A stretch of 61,499 nt of DNA, counting the filler, from Choristocarpus tenellus KU-1152 (taxonomy: Eukaryota; Protista; Phaeophyceae): the NCBI GenBank assembly GCA_964200185.2. It is 15 parts of 15 records of this genome, joined end to end, with 100 filler letters (N's around TTAATTAATTAA, not from the genome) between each part and the next. Parts side by side here need not be neighbours in the genome. Positions count along the whole stretch, not along the records: positions 38,645 to 41,318 come from CAXNAD020025746.1; positions 41,419 to 44,828 come from CAXNAD020020233.1; positions 44,929 to 50,797 come from CAXNAD020009547.1; positions 50,898 to 54,370 come from CAXNAD020019804.1; 11 more parts are not named here. One strand, written 5' to 3'. The position numbers and the translations under genes were made by a program. Position 1 is the first letter of the stretch, and each line of letters begins with the position of its first letter. Shown piece after piece: positions 40,304 to 52,397 of the stretch. Below the pieces are notes generated by a model. That model saw nothing but the letters and a program-made list of their open reading frames with translations, searched no databases and was not told the DNA's origin.

Positions 40304-41017
40304 CATAAGACACCCTAACACCCCTTGTATAGGACACAATCCTCTGCAGCAACAAGCAAGCGGCGGGGGGGAGCAAGGCCCCAAATACAGCACAGCACAA
40401 CACACTCGAAATCCCATGTGGGAAAAGTCTTACCATAAGAAAGGCATGCCCCCTCGAAGTAGAGGCCGCCCACTGCTGAAAAGAGGGAGCAGCGAGTACG
40501 CTGTGGGATCACCTTAACTGACACACGCAACAATACCCTACAACCGGAATTGGGACACAAGTCCCCTCTTGAAGCGATCCCTATAACCCTAACCCTAACC
40601 CTTCTTAGCACCCCCCTCTCTTCAGTACCAGAACACAGTACAATGACTAGAGAGCTAGATGTACAAGGGACACGGAAAAAATTACGACTATCCTTGAAAG
40701 AAAAACAGTGACAGAATGAACTATCAAATACACTTACATACATACATACATACCTTACAACGTCAATGATACATGCAAATGGAAAGTATACCTTAAAACC
40801 TCAAACCGATCTGCCAATCCCCCCAACACCCGATCAGCGGCAGAAATCTCTGATTTGTTCCAAAAAACAATAAAAATCACACTTCTGTATTTCTCTTTCT
40901 TGTTATTATTATTATTGTTGTTGTCCATGTTCACTTACCTAATCACAACACTGGCATTTCAACACTCCAGGGGACTCAGTTCCACCCCAGTCAAGCCTCT
41001 CTTAACCCCTCTCTCAC

Positions 41018-41286
41018 CTTCATGGCATAGCTCGGGGGACTCGTCATGTGGGCAATGACCAGTCTCCGGCAGCGGAACGAGCTCAAAGTTATTGCTGTAC
41101 TGCGCCAGCTTCACACCGGCATGAAGGCCTTTGTTGAGCGGAGTCCATGGGTCTGCCTCCCCCCAGAGAGCCAAGACCTTTGTATCAATGCGCTGGATGA
41201 GAGATCCGGGGGTGGGGCCGGGGGGTCCTCGAAACACCTTCAGAAATACTTCACAGGCTCCGTCGTCGTCACTTGGTGCAATCAGC
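41018..41286 (-). CDS. Alpha/beta-hydrolase internal exon (cyanobacterial/plastid Abhydrolase type)
   Basis: AG/GT-bounded exon LIAPSDDDGACEVFLKVFRGPPGPTP...VLALWGEADPWTP...LPETGHCPHDESPE, carrying the catalytic Asp (WG..DPW) and His (GHCPHDE). Confidence 0.88.
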
Positions 41287-41665
41287 CTGTGGTAAGGAAG
41301 CAGTGGTATTTACGGAGGNNNNNNNNNNNNNNNNNNNNNNNNNNNNNNNNNNNNNNNNNNNNTTAATTAATTAANNNNNNNNNNNNNNNNNNNNNNNNNN
41401 NNNNNNNNNNNNNNNNNNCAATTGGACAGTCGCTACCCCCTCCCAGATACTTTGAGTCAGTTGGAAGAGGTGAGGGCAAAGAAGTTAGTGGGCCTCAAGG
41501 TACAGGCACATTGGAATTCAAGGGTGGTGTCCTTGCTTAAACGTAAATGGTTTGAGCAGTGCTGATTGACCCCTGTGTGTTTCAGTTTAGGATGGTGATG
41601 TCATGATGATGACAGGAGTCCACGATGAAAAAGTGTAATTAACACCATGAGGTTACAAGTTTTGC

Positions 41666-41901
41666 TGTGTCCATTTGGGGATCAAAATCCAAGGTTGCGA
41701 TTTTGATGTCATTTTGGCTATCATGTTTGTTAGGAAGTAAGTGCCAATATCCATGTTCCGGACACTCCTTTTCATAACGTATACATTTTATCTACTCCTA
41801 AACATTTTGGAGTAGGAAAATGTCATAAAAAACCCCATGGGAAGCCAAGCCCCAAATGGACAAACAGGGCAAAACTCGTACCCTCTAAGATACTTTCACT
41901 C
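41666..41901. mobile_element. MITE family A, one end eroded
   Basis: Internal sequence and the ...TACCCTCTAAGATACTTTCACTC terminus match the full copies. Confidence 0.9.
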
Positions 41902-42603
41902 TTTACCGTTAGACAGAACACGTCAATTGTAGTACATACATGCGCCAATAGTGTCAGGGGCGACACCCACCATGCACATGTGAACTGTTTCCCAAAAAAA
42001 CTTCAGACGAAAACACACACTCTACCATGCGACAAACTACCCTCATTCACTTTGTCCTACGTACTTCATGGTACGTTTTCGTAATCTCTTGGATGTGGCT
42101 CGCGATTGACCGCATACGCAATGCACACCTTTTCAGGATATTCTAATCAGAGCGGTTTCGGTTCTCGATGTATCAAACACACCCTTCTCCATGCTTCCAA
42201 AGTGGGGTGTCGTCAACATGGCCGTACTCCGTGAAACACTTCGTGACCATGAAGCTTTCAGTATCCCTCACACCACAAAACCCATCCTACACATTATTTT
42301 ACCGTTAGACAGAACACATCAATTGTAGTACATATATGCGCCAATATTGTCAGGGGCGAAACCCACCATGCACTTGTGAACTGTTTCCCAAAACAAATTC
42401 AGATGAAAACACACACTCTACCATTGGACAAACTACCCCCACTCACTTCGTCCTACGTGCTTTGTGGTATGTTTTCGTAACCTTTCAGATGTGGCTCGCG
42501 ATTTACCGCATACGCAATACACACCTTTTCAGGATATTCTAATCGGGGCGGTTTCGGTTCTCGATGTATCAAACACACCCTTCTCCATGCTTTCAAAGTG
42601 GGG
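41902..42603. repeat. ~306-bp direct repeat pair (41902-42207, 42298-42603)
   Basis: TTTACCGTTAGACAGAACAC...CAAAGTGGGG duplicated with scattered substitutions and a 90-bp spacer. Confidence 0.93.
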
Positions 42604-42605
42604 CA

Positions 42606-44828
42606 GATGAGGATGTCTACGCCAACTTCAGGGAGAGATTCGAACAGGAGGGGATGTCAGGACCAATACCCTGTCTGTCCACATTCGTGAAGTGGAGACC
42701 ATTCTACATCACAAAGGCCATACCAAGGTGTGTGCGGAAATAGTCTTTCGATGTTTAGGACACACGCTACAGCGATGATTGGGTAAATCTATGCTTCCTA
42801 ACCGCCACAGAGTACCCAGTCACATACTGCATCATCCGTGTCCACACACAAGGGGTGCTAACCCACCGCATCCCTCCCTCCACTCTTCCACGCAACACAG
42901 ATCGTGCGATTGCATTCACCACATGACCACCGACGTCCAGGTTCAGTGCCTAAGAGAGAACTGGAAGAAACTACATACATACGAGGACGTTCTTTGGCGA
43001 TGATGGACAACGCACTTGCGCATGCACATGCGCATTCTACGACAAAGGCAAAGGATGTGGGTCTGAAGAAGGGGAGGCCGCACTCGAAAGTGGTGCTCAC
43101 TTAATGGCATTCCTCTTGTAAGTTCCTATGCCAGACCACACCCCCGACGTGGCGAATGTGTGAGCACAACGAGCTGGAATGGTATCCAAAATAATGTAAC
43201 CACACTGTAGATAAACACCAATGTACTCCTCCTCAAACCGTTTCAATACGTCCTCTAAAAATGTGGCAGTGACAGCCGGACTCCACTAGTGACGTTCGAT
43301 CCGCTACTCAAACCTCTACACTGACAACAAAATCCGCTCTTGGAATAATCAAAACAAAACAGATGCGAGAGGACCATGCTGGAGCCCCTCAGCGAACCGT
43401 CCTCTGGCGGTTGCTTGGGCAGCTTCAAAAATTCTTGTGTCGATGGTACATGTGACAGGTGTGACTGGACATCTCATCCAATTTGGAAGTGCCCTTGTAT
43501 GTTGGACTCTCACAGCACACGTGTCACATGGAACGAGTTCGTCCACGCATACACCCCAGTGGTGGAGGCGGACCTGCAATGAAAGACTTGCCTTACTCAC
43601 CAACTAGTTATATTTGGAAGACGAACCTGCCCAGTTCGACCCTCACGCCGGGTCCCGGACCGATACAGCAACCTACCCTGCCAATCGACCATATCTCCAT
43701 GTTCACATCCAGACCACACACCCATGCTGCAATAAATCTCTATGTCCGTCTACACCGCCACACAGGTGCTGTCCTCTAGACTTTGGCATCACCACCCCCA
43801 GCAGGACCACCAAAGATGACATGATCCAGATGATTAAGGCAAAATATGCTGAGCTGAGGGCGGACAATCTCATGACCGACGATTTGATCATCGCTAAGTG
43901 CATTGTGGGAGAGTCCGCCCCCGACTTGAGGAGGAACAGGACTGAGGAGAATGATGACGAAGACACCACAGGGTCTACGGACAAGCACAGCCGGAGGCGA
44001 AAGGTGAGCGACAGTTTCCTTTGAGTAATAATTACAGTGTACATTGGATGTGTCACGGCGTATTCGTCAAACAACGAGCAGATCCTCCCATAGCATTGGA
44101 CACAATCGATTATACCACAACAAAGCCTGAATCACCACGACCTATCACCAGCAACAACGCTTGAAACGTGACCACCTGGCCCATTCAATACAGGTGCTAT
44201 CCCCAAGGACGGATTCCCTACACCCCTTTGCAAACTTCGACAAGAGCTTCTTCCTTCATCACAACTCCACCATTTGGCAGGCGCAACAATACAAACACTG
44301 CAAATCCCGCCTCCCCAAAGGACATGCCGCCATGTCCATGGACTTCAGCGCCCACCTGCAACACAACCACCAAGACTTGACATAACAAGAGTTCTTCAAT
44401 CTATTCCTTACGGCGCTTCTGACCATTGTCTGGAGGTTGAGGGATTTCAGAGAAGAGGGAAAACTTGGGAAGGGAAGGGTTTGGACTCACAGCATGACGG
44501 TGTGCAGTGAAGACCGAAGCCAAGACAATGAGTTCGTCCAGAACGCCGTGGAGATGCTTGTGAAAGACCACCTAATACCTCTAGCCAGTGAATACGGATA
44601 GACCCTAGAGGTCCTCCACATCTGGTCCGATGGCTGCGGGAGCCAGTTCAAGAACAGATGGCAGATGTGGTGGGTTTCTCAGTCTTTAGTGCGGATGGGA
44701 ATTTCCGCAGTACACAACTTCTTTGCCTCCTGTCACGGCAAGTCCTTGTCTGATGGAGTTGGGGCTGTGGTGAAGTCTGCTGCCAAGAGACTGGAACTAG
44801 ATGGGGTGCGCATGCCAGGAACCTCATC
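42606..44828 (+). pseudogene. Sola2-like DDD transposase, intron-containing, with in-frame stops (truncated by contig end)
   Basis: STFVKWRPFYI, SCDCIHH, CVDGTCDRC, HHNSTIWQAQQYKHCK.RL....MSMDFS (D at 44341), HIWSDGCGSQFKN (D at 44629), HNFFASCHGKSLSDGVGAVVK (D at 44752). Stops TAA 44383 and TAG 44599. Confidence 0.8.
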
Positions 44829-44958
44829 NNNNNNNNNNNNNNNNNNNNNNNNNNNNNNNNNNNNNNNNNNNNTTAATTAATTAANNNNNNNNNNNNNNNN
44901 NNNNNNNNNNNNNNNNNNNNNNNNNNNNCCCCGAGATACTTTAAGCCCAACTGCGGAA

Positions 44959-45216
44959 GAGTCAAAGTATCTTAGAGGGTAGGGTGTCGTCCGTTTGGAG
45001 CCAAAATCCAATGTTGTTGCGATTTTGATGTATTTTTGGCTATCGTGTGTTTAGGAAGTGCCAATATCCTTGTTCCACACTCACCTTTTCAAAATATACA
45101 AATTTTACCTACTCCGAGACATTTCAGAGGAAGAAAATGTAATAAAAACCCGTGGGAAACCAAGCCCCAAACGGCCATACAGGGAAAAACTCGTACCCTC
45201 TAAGATACGTTCACTC
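44959..45216. mobile_element. MITE family A, full copy
   Basis: GAA|GAGTCAAAGTATCTTAGAGGGTA...TACCCTCTAAGATACGTTCACTC|GAA. Confidence 0.93.
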
Positions 45217-46548
45217 GAAGATCGAGCTCGTCAATGAACCTACATAAGGAACACACACAAGAGAACAACCACATCTGCAACTCTCACATTGCAATGCTTA
45301 TTCACTCAATCAAGTCCTCTCACCTCAACTTTGACCCTTTAAGCCCATGAATCCAACAAATCATTTCACAATAATGCATCTACTACATCAAGGTACGTGC
45401 CTTCATTAACCAAAGTAAAACTTGCCATTGGCATTGTATTCATAACCACAATACCGATCCTTCAACTTCAACTTGGCTCATTCCCTCACCTCATCATGCC
45501 TACACGTTATTTTGCGGCATTGTATTGGTATCTGTTTTCTTAAATACTTGCATATGCCAGCAGACTTCTTTGTCTGCTACTACCCATTTCTAGTGTTGTT
45601 TTTTATACTCCAGAGTGTATATCCAGATGGGGAGCATATTTCGATTCAATGGGTTAATATTGCGTATTTTGATATCATTTTGGTGATCTGATGTCTCCTC
45701 TACCATGACAAAGGAGGACTGCTTTTTGGAGCTTTCTGGATCATATATGTAGCAGGGCTGGAGGAGCGATAGGAAGACTGAGAAATAGCATGAGTCTGGG
45801 AACACGAATAGGAAGAGTTTGTTCCTTGGGCATATAATATATTCTTGGGAATTATGGGGAAAAAATTAATAAGGTGCGTGGGTGGGGCTTTCATGATCTG
45901 CAGAAGTTGAGGTGAAGAGGTTGGGTTTGTTCAAGTTACTAAGATGAGTGTCCATCAGGTCACTGCAAGGTGCATGAACTTTTTGTGTTAGAGATATCAC
46001 AGGAATATCGAGGTATTAGGGTGTTTGGAATCAATCACCTTACAAACATCTGATTGATTGTTCATCGAATATGTGCTAACGATTTAGGACATGGCTAATA
46101 CCGCAGTGAACAGCAGATGTAGTGTCGCTCTGTATGAAGAAGGTAATGTTGCGAAAGAGGCCAAAGGGTTGTTAAAGGGAAGTGTCAAGTTGTGATCGTG
46201 GATGGTTGTTGGCACCTACTTCCAACAACTACAGTGCATAATAGGTGCTGCATTTACCATTAAAGGTCTGCCACTGTGTGTGTGACAATAGAGGTGCAAT
46301 GAAGTGTTAATCACTGAATGTAGCACCCAGCGGGTGCAGGAACTCACATCTACCATATACTTGATTCTGAATTCATAAAATGTGTGTTGTGTTCTCGGAG
46401 TATGTACCCCCCTTGATCGCTGCAGACAATAGTTGGCATGCCTAAAGGAGATTTGGTGACTGTCGTTTATATGTTAGCCCCCAACTCGCTTTACTAAGAT
46501 GCCGTCACAGGACAATTCCTGCAATTAATTGTAGTGTGCTTGTTTTCT

Positions 46549-46821
46549 GACCCAAAAATTGATTTCAGAGGGTAGGGTCAAGTCTGATCAGGGTCATATA
46601 TCCAATGTTGCGATTTTGATCCATTTTGGCTTTCGTGCTTGTTAGTGTGTCAATATCCTAGCTCTAGACACACCTTTCATAGTCGTGTACATTTCACCTA
46701 CTTCGGAGTATGTAACTGTGTTCGCAGAAAGCCGAAAGAAGTACATAAGCAACCCGCGGGAAGCCAAGTCCCGAAGGGATAAACAGGGATAAACTCCTAC
46801 CCTCCAAAATGCTTGGATCTC
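46549..46821. mobile_element. MITE family A, old diverged copy
   Basis: AGAGGGTAGG...TCCAATGTTGCGATTTTGAT...CCTACTTCGGAGTA...GGGAAGCCAAGTCCC...CTACCCTCCAAAATGCTT. Confidence 0.8.
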
Positions 46822-47005
46822 TCGTCTACCCTTGTCTCATCATTCTAATTTCTGGTAACCGTTTTTTCGTAATCTTGACATATCGATATATTTGTTCTTA
46901 CAAGGCGACGACAACAGTAGATACGATGGTTTGAATTATTGTCGAAAAGCTGGATACTGTAACTTAGGTACACATTCTTTAGTTGATTGCAGAATATGCT
47001 TCTTA

Positions 47006-47382
47006 TTATCTCGGAAGAATTGTTCTTAAGCTCGTTCCAATCTCACTGGAAACATCACGCTTAAAAATCTCTTTCCCAGGTGGAAACAGCTCCTTCCCAA
47101 GAAAGAACCTTATTTCGATGCCGTGTTAGGTTAGGATTTTTTGCTCCTTATCTCGGAAGAGTTGTTCTTGTTCCAACCTCACTGGAAACATCACTCTTAA
47201 AAATCTGTTTCTCACGATGCCGTGTTTGGTCAGGATTTTTTTGCTCCTTATCTCGGAATAGTTGTTCTTTAGCTCGTTCCAAACTCACTGGAAACATCAC
47301 CCTTAAAAATCTCTTTCTCGGGCTGAAACCGCTCCTTCCCAAGAAAGAAGCTTGATCCGATGCTGTGTTAGGTCAGGATTTT
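47006..47382. repeat. ~140-bp tandem repeat, 3 units (middle unit partly deleted)
   Basis: TTATCTCGGAA...CTCACTGGAAACATCAC.CTTAAAAATCT...AGGATTTT starting at 47006, 47148 and 47248. Confidence 0.9.
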
Positions 47383-47703
47383 ATGATTGAATATCTTGAA
47401 CATCATACAGAAGGCTAACTTCCTCCTGAGTTTGGATGGAGGTCACGGGTTAGCTCATCACATTGCCTCCTTGTAAGGTTGATGTGGTGGTAACACCAGG
47501 AGCCCTTCAGGGGACAAAGTCCGAATTCTTGGTCTCCGTTCCCGTGCTCTGCCCTTCTTGATCCCCCACTTTCCCTTGAAGCACAAACAAATCAAGTTGC
47601 AGGGCAAAGAATTGGAAGAGAGTAAAAGAGGGGGTACGTTGACAAAGAACAGAAGAAGCATGTAGGTCTTGATGGATGGGCACACTAGGAACAACCAGAA
47701 CAA

Positions 47704-48138
47704 GAGTCAAAGTATCTTAGAGGGTGGAGGCTCGTCCGTTTGGGGGCAAAACTCCAATGTTTCGATTTTATGTAATTTTGGTTATCATGTTTGCCCAAAA
47801 GTATCTGGGGGAGGGGGGGGTCTACACCAGGGTGTCCATTTGGGGAAAATCAGGAAAAGTGCATTTACATCATCCATCCGACGTATGCAACCAAATCACA
47901 CAAAAATCGATAAATGAAAAAATTGGCCCCAAATGGACAACCGCTGCCACTCCCCCAGATACTTTGAGCCTTTGTTAGGAAGCGTCAATATCCTTGTTCC
48001 AGACACACACCTTTTCATAACGTATACATTTTACCTACTCCGAAACATTTGGGAGTAGGAAAATGTTGTAAAAACCTGTAGGAAGCCAAGTCCCAAGCGG
48101 ACAGAGCAAAACTCGCACACTCTAAATTACTTTCACTC
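47704..48138. mobile_element. MITE family A copy interrupted by a family B MITE
   Basis: The family A sequence ...ATCATGTTT|...|TTTGTTAGGAAG resumes exactly after the insert. Confidence 0.93.
47793..47970. mobile_element. MITE family B, full copy (~178 bp) nested in family A
   Basis: AAAGTATCTGGGGGAG...GTCCATTTGGGG...CCCCAAATGGAC...CTCCCCCAGATACTTTGAGCC, with TTT(G) duplicated. Confidence 0.93.
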
Positions 48139-49437
48139 TAAGGAATGTACTCTGAAGGAGTTGCAGAGCAGGTAGCATGCAATGAGACAAAGGCATGGAA
48201 GACGAAGGGAGTTAGAGTTATATTAGCATACGCTCAGGTGCAGAGACTCATTCAGTGTATCTTCAACATAGGAAGGTGATGTACACAAAGTGCATGCATT
48301 CGTGCATGTCTACTTTATGAAACAGTGTCATGCAGATCGTTGAATACCAAAACTGAAAATATTCATCATGCTCACCAGCCAAAAGCTGCTCGCTTCCTTC
48401 AGCTGTGCTCCTGCAGACCCCGTGGGTGAGGAATCCCCCTTGCTGGGGGAGTCTGGGCTAAGATGTTGTCGTGGACTGCATGGTCTGTTGTGGGTTGGAG
48501 ATCCTGGAGAGGGCATGTGTAAACTGGAAGAGAGACCTGGGCTGAGGGGTTCTCGCGGACTGCGTGATTTGTTGCTTGGTGATCGTGAAGGGGGTCTGCT
48601 CCATTGCTGACTGGTGTGTGACCCCCTTCCTCGCTCTTGGTGGTTTGAGGGCCCTGAGGAAACTCTACACATTCTTGTGGGTGAAGGTGATCGTGACGAT
48701 TGAGAACTGTAGCAGCTTTTTTCTCCTAACCTGGATTTGACATAATTCCCACAGTGAAATCCACCCCAATGCATAGTGAGGGTGGATCAGGAGGCACCAC
48801 AGAGGAGTTGGAGTTGGAACGTACGTAGAAGCATGTTAAGACCATTAGTTGCATATAGTGAAGCGTTTTCTGCCTTTAGATACCTTTCTACCTGGCAGAT
48901 GAGTAGTGGGCATTACTACTGTTTGAACATAATGGATCAAATAATGGATCAAATGTTGGATCATTTTTTCATCTTGGTCATTGCTGCCTCCGCACCCACG
49001 GGGAGAATACACAAGGACATTGAGTAGATACTTAAGACCATTACAGGATTGAGATCATCGAGGATTGTTGTCCAGGGGGGTGGCTTGCTGGTTGTGTAGA
49101 CTATGACTTCTTGGGGTTTGTATGTATGGGGATGGGTATATCATAGCACCTAGTACACCACCATGCACTTAGCAGAGTATACGGGAGAGAAGGTGCAGAA
49201 GCTATATTACTGCACCTACATCCCAGAAAAAAGTTTAAGAAAAATATTTTCAGAATTTTTTTTTAAGGAGTGTGAGGGAAATGTCACCTGAAAAAAAAGG
49301 AAATAAAAAAATGCTATATTTGTAGGTTTTATAGCAAAAATATTGGAGTGCTTGTTTGTACTCAACCTCCAATGACAACTGGGTGGGTGACCTGCTACTA
49401 TTAGTCCGACTGATGGATGACACTAGCAAAAGGGCAA

Positions 49438-49695
49438 GAGTCAAAGTACCTTAGAGGGTAGAGCTGCGTCCATTTGTGGGCCAAAATCCAATGTTGCGAT
49501 TTTGATGTAATCTTGACCATTGTGTTTGTTAGCAAGTGTCAATGTTCTTGTTCTGTACATTCCTTTTCATAACCTATACATTATAGCTACTCCAAAACAT
49601 CTTGGAGTAGGAAAATATCATCAAAAACCCTTGGGAAGCCAAGCCCCAAATGGACAAACAGGGCAAGACCCGTACCCTCTAAGATACTTTCACTC
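49438..49695. mobile_element. MITE family A, full copy
   Basis: GCAA|GAGTCAAAGTACCTTAGAGGGTA...TACCCTCTAAGATACTTTCACTC|ACAA. Confidence 0.93.
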
Positions 49696-50330
49696 ACAAG
49701 CATGGAGTATTTTCAAACATACACATGTACCTGTCGGTTGCTGGAGAGGACATTGGGTGATCTTGCACTTGCTGGGAAACAACACTCCTTTCCATACTAC
49801 TTCTGCTCGACGTAACTGGATCTCTCTTCCCACCTACATCCAGGGTTGAGTTGAGTGACCTTTGTGATCTTGTTGGGTAGCCTTCTTTCATGACAGGAAG
49901 AGTGGAGGAAAGGTGAGGATGATGGTTTTCCTGGAATATGTGAAAATTCCTTGTGTCTTGTGAATTGCCTGCTGTAGGAGGCTGGACTGATGTTGCCGGA
50001 TCCTCCTCCTCCCTGAGGTTTTGGTAACTATCCCTGCTGCCTATTTCTGTATGGACGCCTCCACTTGTGATAGTAGTGAGAAGTCTAACGAGACTATCCT
50101 TGGCCATGAGAATGCCCTGAGGGTAGTGGTCACAACAAAGGAATTGGAGGTAAATGTGATGGAGTGCGTACAAGTCATGGTGATGAGACGCAACCAGTGT
50201 TGAAGAGAGCGTTTGCCTTTGTGTCTGTGTTGGTAGAATGGACTCATGGATAAAGCACTTACCTGAAGCTGTGTCATTCGGTCCAACGAAAAAGTCACTG
50301 ACTTAGCTTTTAAAATGTCAGTGTGAAGAT

Positions 50331-50588
50331 GACCCAAAGCATTTAAGAGGGTAGGAACTTTGCCCTTTTTGTCCGTTTGGGGCTTGGCTTCCCACAGTTT
50401 TTTTTTTACAGTTACCTACTTTGAAATGTTTCGGAGTAGGTAAAATGTACAAGACTATGAAAGATGTGTCCGGAACAAGGATATTGACACTTACTAACAA
50501 ACAAGATAGCCAAAATTACATCAAAATCGCAACATTGGATTCTGGACCCCAAACGGATGACACCCTACCCTCTAAGATGCTTTGACTC
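50331..50588. mobile_element. MITE family A, full copy with 4-bp TSD AGAT
   Basis: AGAT|GACCCAAAGCATTTAAGAGGGTA...TACCCTCTAAGATGCTTTGACTC|AGAT. Confidence 0.93.
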
Positions 50589-51735
50589 AGATGGAGGAAG
50601 AACACCCAACAGAAGAAGCAGGCGGCATGACATACATTATTGCTTTTGTTCTCTTGATTGGCTCCTGTCTGCCAACCCTTCACGCACACCTGAAAACCTG
50701 ATGTGTTTCCCAACTGAGACTGTTGCAATTTTTTCCCTGAGCTGGGAGAACACCTGCCGTTGCCTTGGTTGTCAAGGCGAGCAAGGCGGTTCATAACNNN
50801 NNNNNNNNNNNNNNNNNNNNNNNNNNNNNNNNNNNNNNNNNTTAATTAATTAANNNNNNNNNNNNNNNNNNNNNNNNNNNNNNNNNNNNNNNNNNNNGCC
50901 CCTTTTTGAATGGGAATCCATGCCGAAGGTGGTAGTAGGACAGTGTGTGGGGGGCGGCAATGATTTCGTTTGATTGTCGTGCACATGTTTGCCCTGCGTT
51001 GGATTGCTTGCTTGAATAATTAATGTGGTCGGTGGAGTCGTTTGACTGTGGATGGTGGAGATGGTAGAAAAAAATAGTACTTCAAAGTAGTTTTTTTCGG
51101 GGCGGCGTTTCATCGCCATTATGGATGGTTGACTGACTGAGCAGAAGAAGTGTTATTTTCCCATATTATTAAATTGTTTATCAATTATTGCTATCGTTGC
51201 CAAGTAGAAGAAGAAGCTACCACTGAGTGCATATAAGTATTGACATTATATGATGATCGACCTCTTTGTACGAATATCTGTCATGCCCGAGATATCGTTT
51301 GTTGCGATCTGCTCCCCCCCACACCCTGTCAGATACGCCGATCTGCATTTATCTATTTTCTCGGGCAAGTTGTTGGACTTGTCATGGTGTTTTCGGGCAA
51401 CAGGCGGTCTTGGGCAGTGAGAAGGTCTAGGAGTGATTAGATTCGAAGGCGGGCGTATGAACTTTGTTTGAGCTCCGGGCTATCCGTGGGACCACCCTGA
51501 GATCCATGATCCGGAAAATCCGTGGATTACGGTTTTCGGAAGTTGTAAATCCGATTATATCTTTGCAAAAGAGAGCTACTCAAGTAGAGTATTTTGCTTT
51601 GTATGGTATGGATGTATTTATTAGCGGAGTCAGCACAGCCCGCTATTTCTCTCTGGAGTATTTGTTTGCAGCTACCATAAAGATGTCACAAGCCATTTTT
51701 TTTCTAAAGCTGTATATATATTGATACTTCTGTGT

Positions 51736-52397
51736 AAATTGGAATGGCGACACGACCAGTAGGTGCCAAGGAAAACATCTATTTTGTACCTGTTTTGAAA
51801 CTGCCAAAGAGGGGCAACGTGTTAACATTCTTGCTCAAGTTGTGGTGTATCGATAAGATCACTGTCAAATTTACAAGTGACACGACCAGCACGTTTAAAA
51901 TAGACAAGTTAAACTGTTTGCGACTGCCAACCTGGACTTTCATGCCAACGCTCCTGCGCAAGTGGTCACTATTATGGATATCTTTGTAAGTTGGACTGAC
52001 GATTGATGACACGACCAGTAGGCGTAAGAAAAATATCTCACCAGCTTTGTTCTTTTTCAAAGAGGTAATGCATGGCGATATTTTGTGCAAGTCATGTATC
52101 GGTATCATTGTGCAAATTTGGATTGTCACACGACCAGTACACGGGAAGAAAAAAACTGTACTGTACTCTATTTACTACTTTTTTTGTAACTGCCAAAGAG
52201 GGGCTACGTGCTAATATGCTTACGGAAGGCGTCGTTCATCGATACCTTCGTTCAAATTGTGCTAATAAACATTTAACTATATTGTACTTGCCAAAGAGGG
52301 GCTACGTACCAATGTTTTTGGGGAGGGTGTCGTGTGTGGGATACGTTTATGAAAAAATCGGACTGGCGACGCTGACCTACAGGTGCTAAAAAATACG
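51736..52397. repeat. Highly diverged ~120-130 bp tandem array with conserved CACGACCAG and TGCCAAAGAGGGGC cores
   Basis: CACGACCAG at 51751, 51881, 52010, 52129 (variant near 52369); TGCCAAAGAGGGGC at about 51802, 52191 and 52289. Confidence 0.75.

Noticed and set aside
44383-44601. In-frame TAA/TAG in the transposase as stop-to-Gln genetic code reassignment
   Set aside because: The 657-codon RSH exon and other host exons use CAA/CAG with no in-frame TAR; nonsense decay in a dead element is simpler.
51736-52397. Spaced CACGACCAG motifs as a CRISPR-like array
   Set aside because: The core is only 9 bp, and the ~120-bp intervals are themselves partly homologous to each other.
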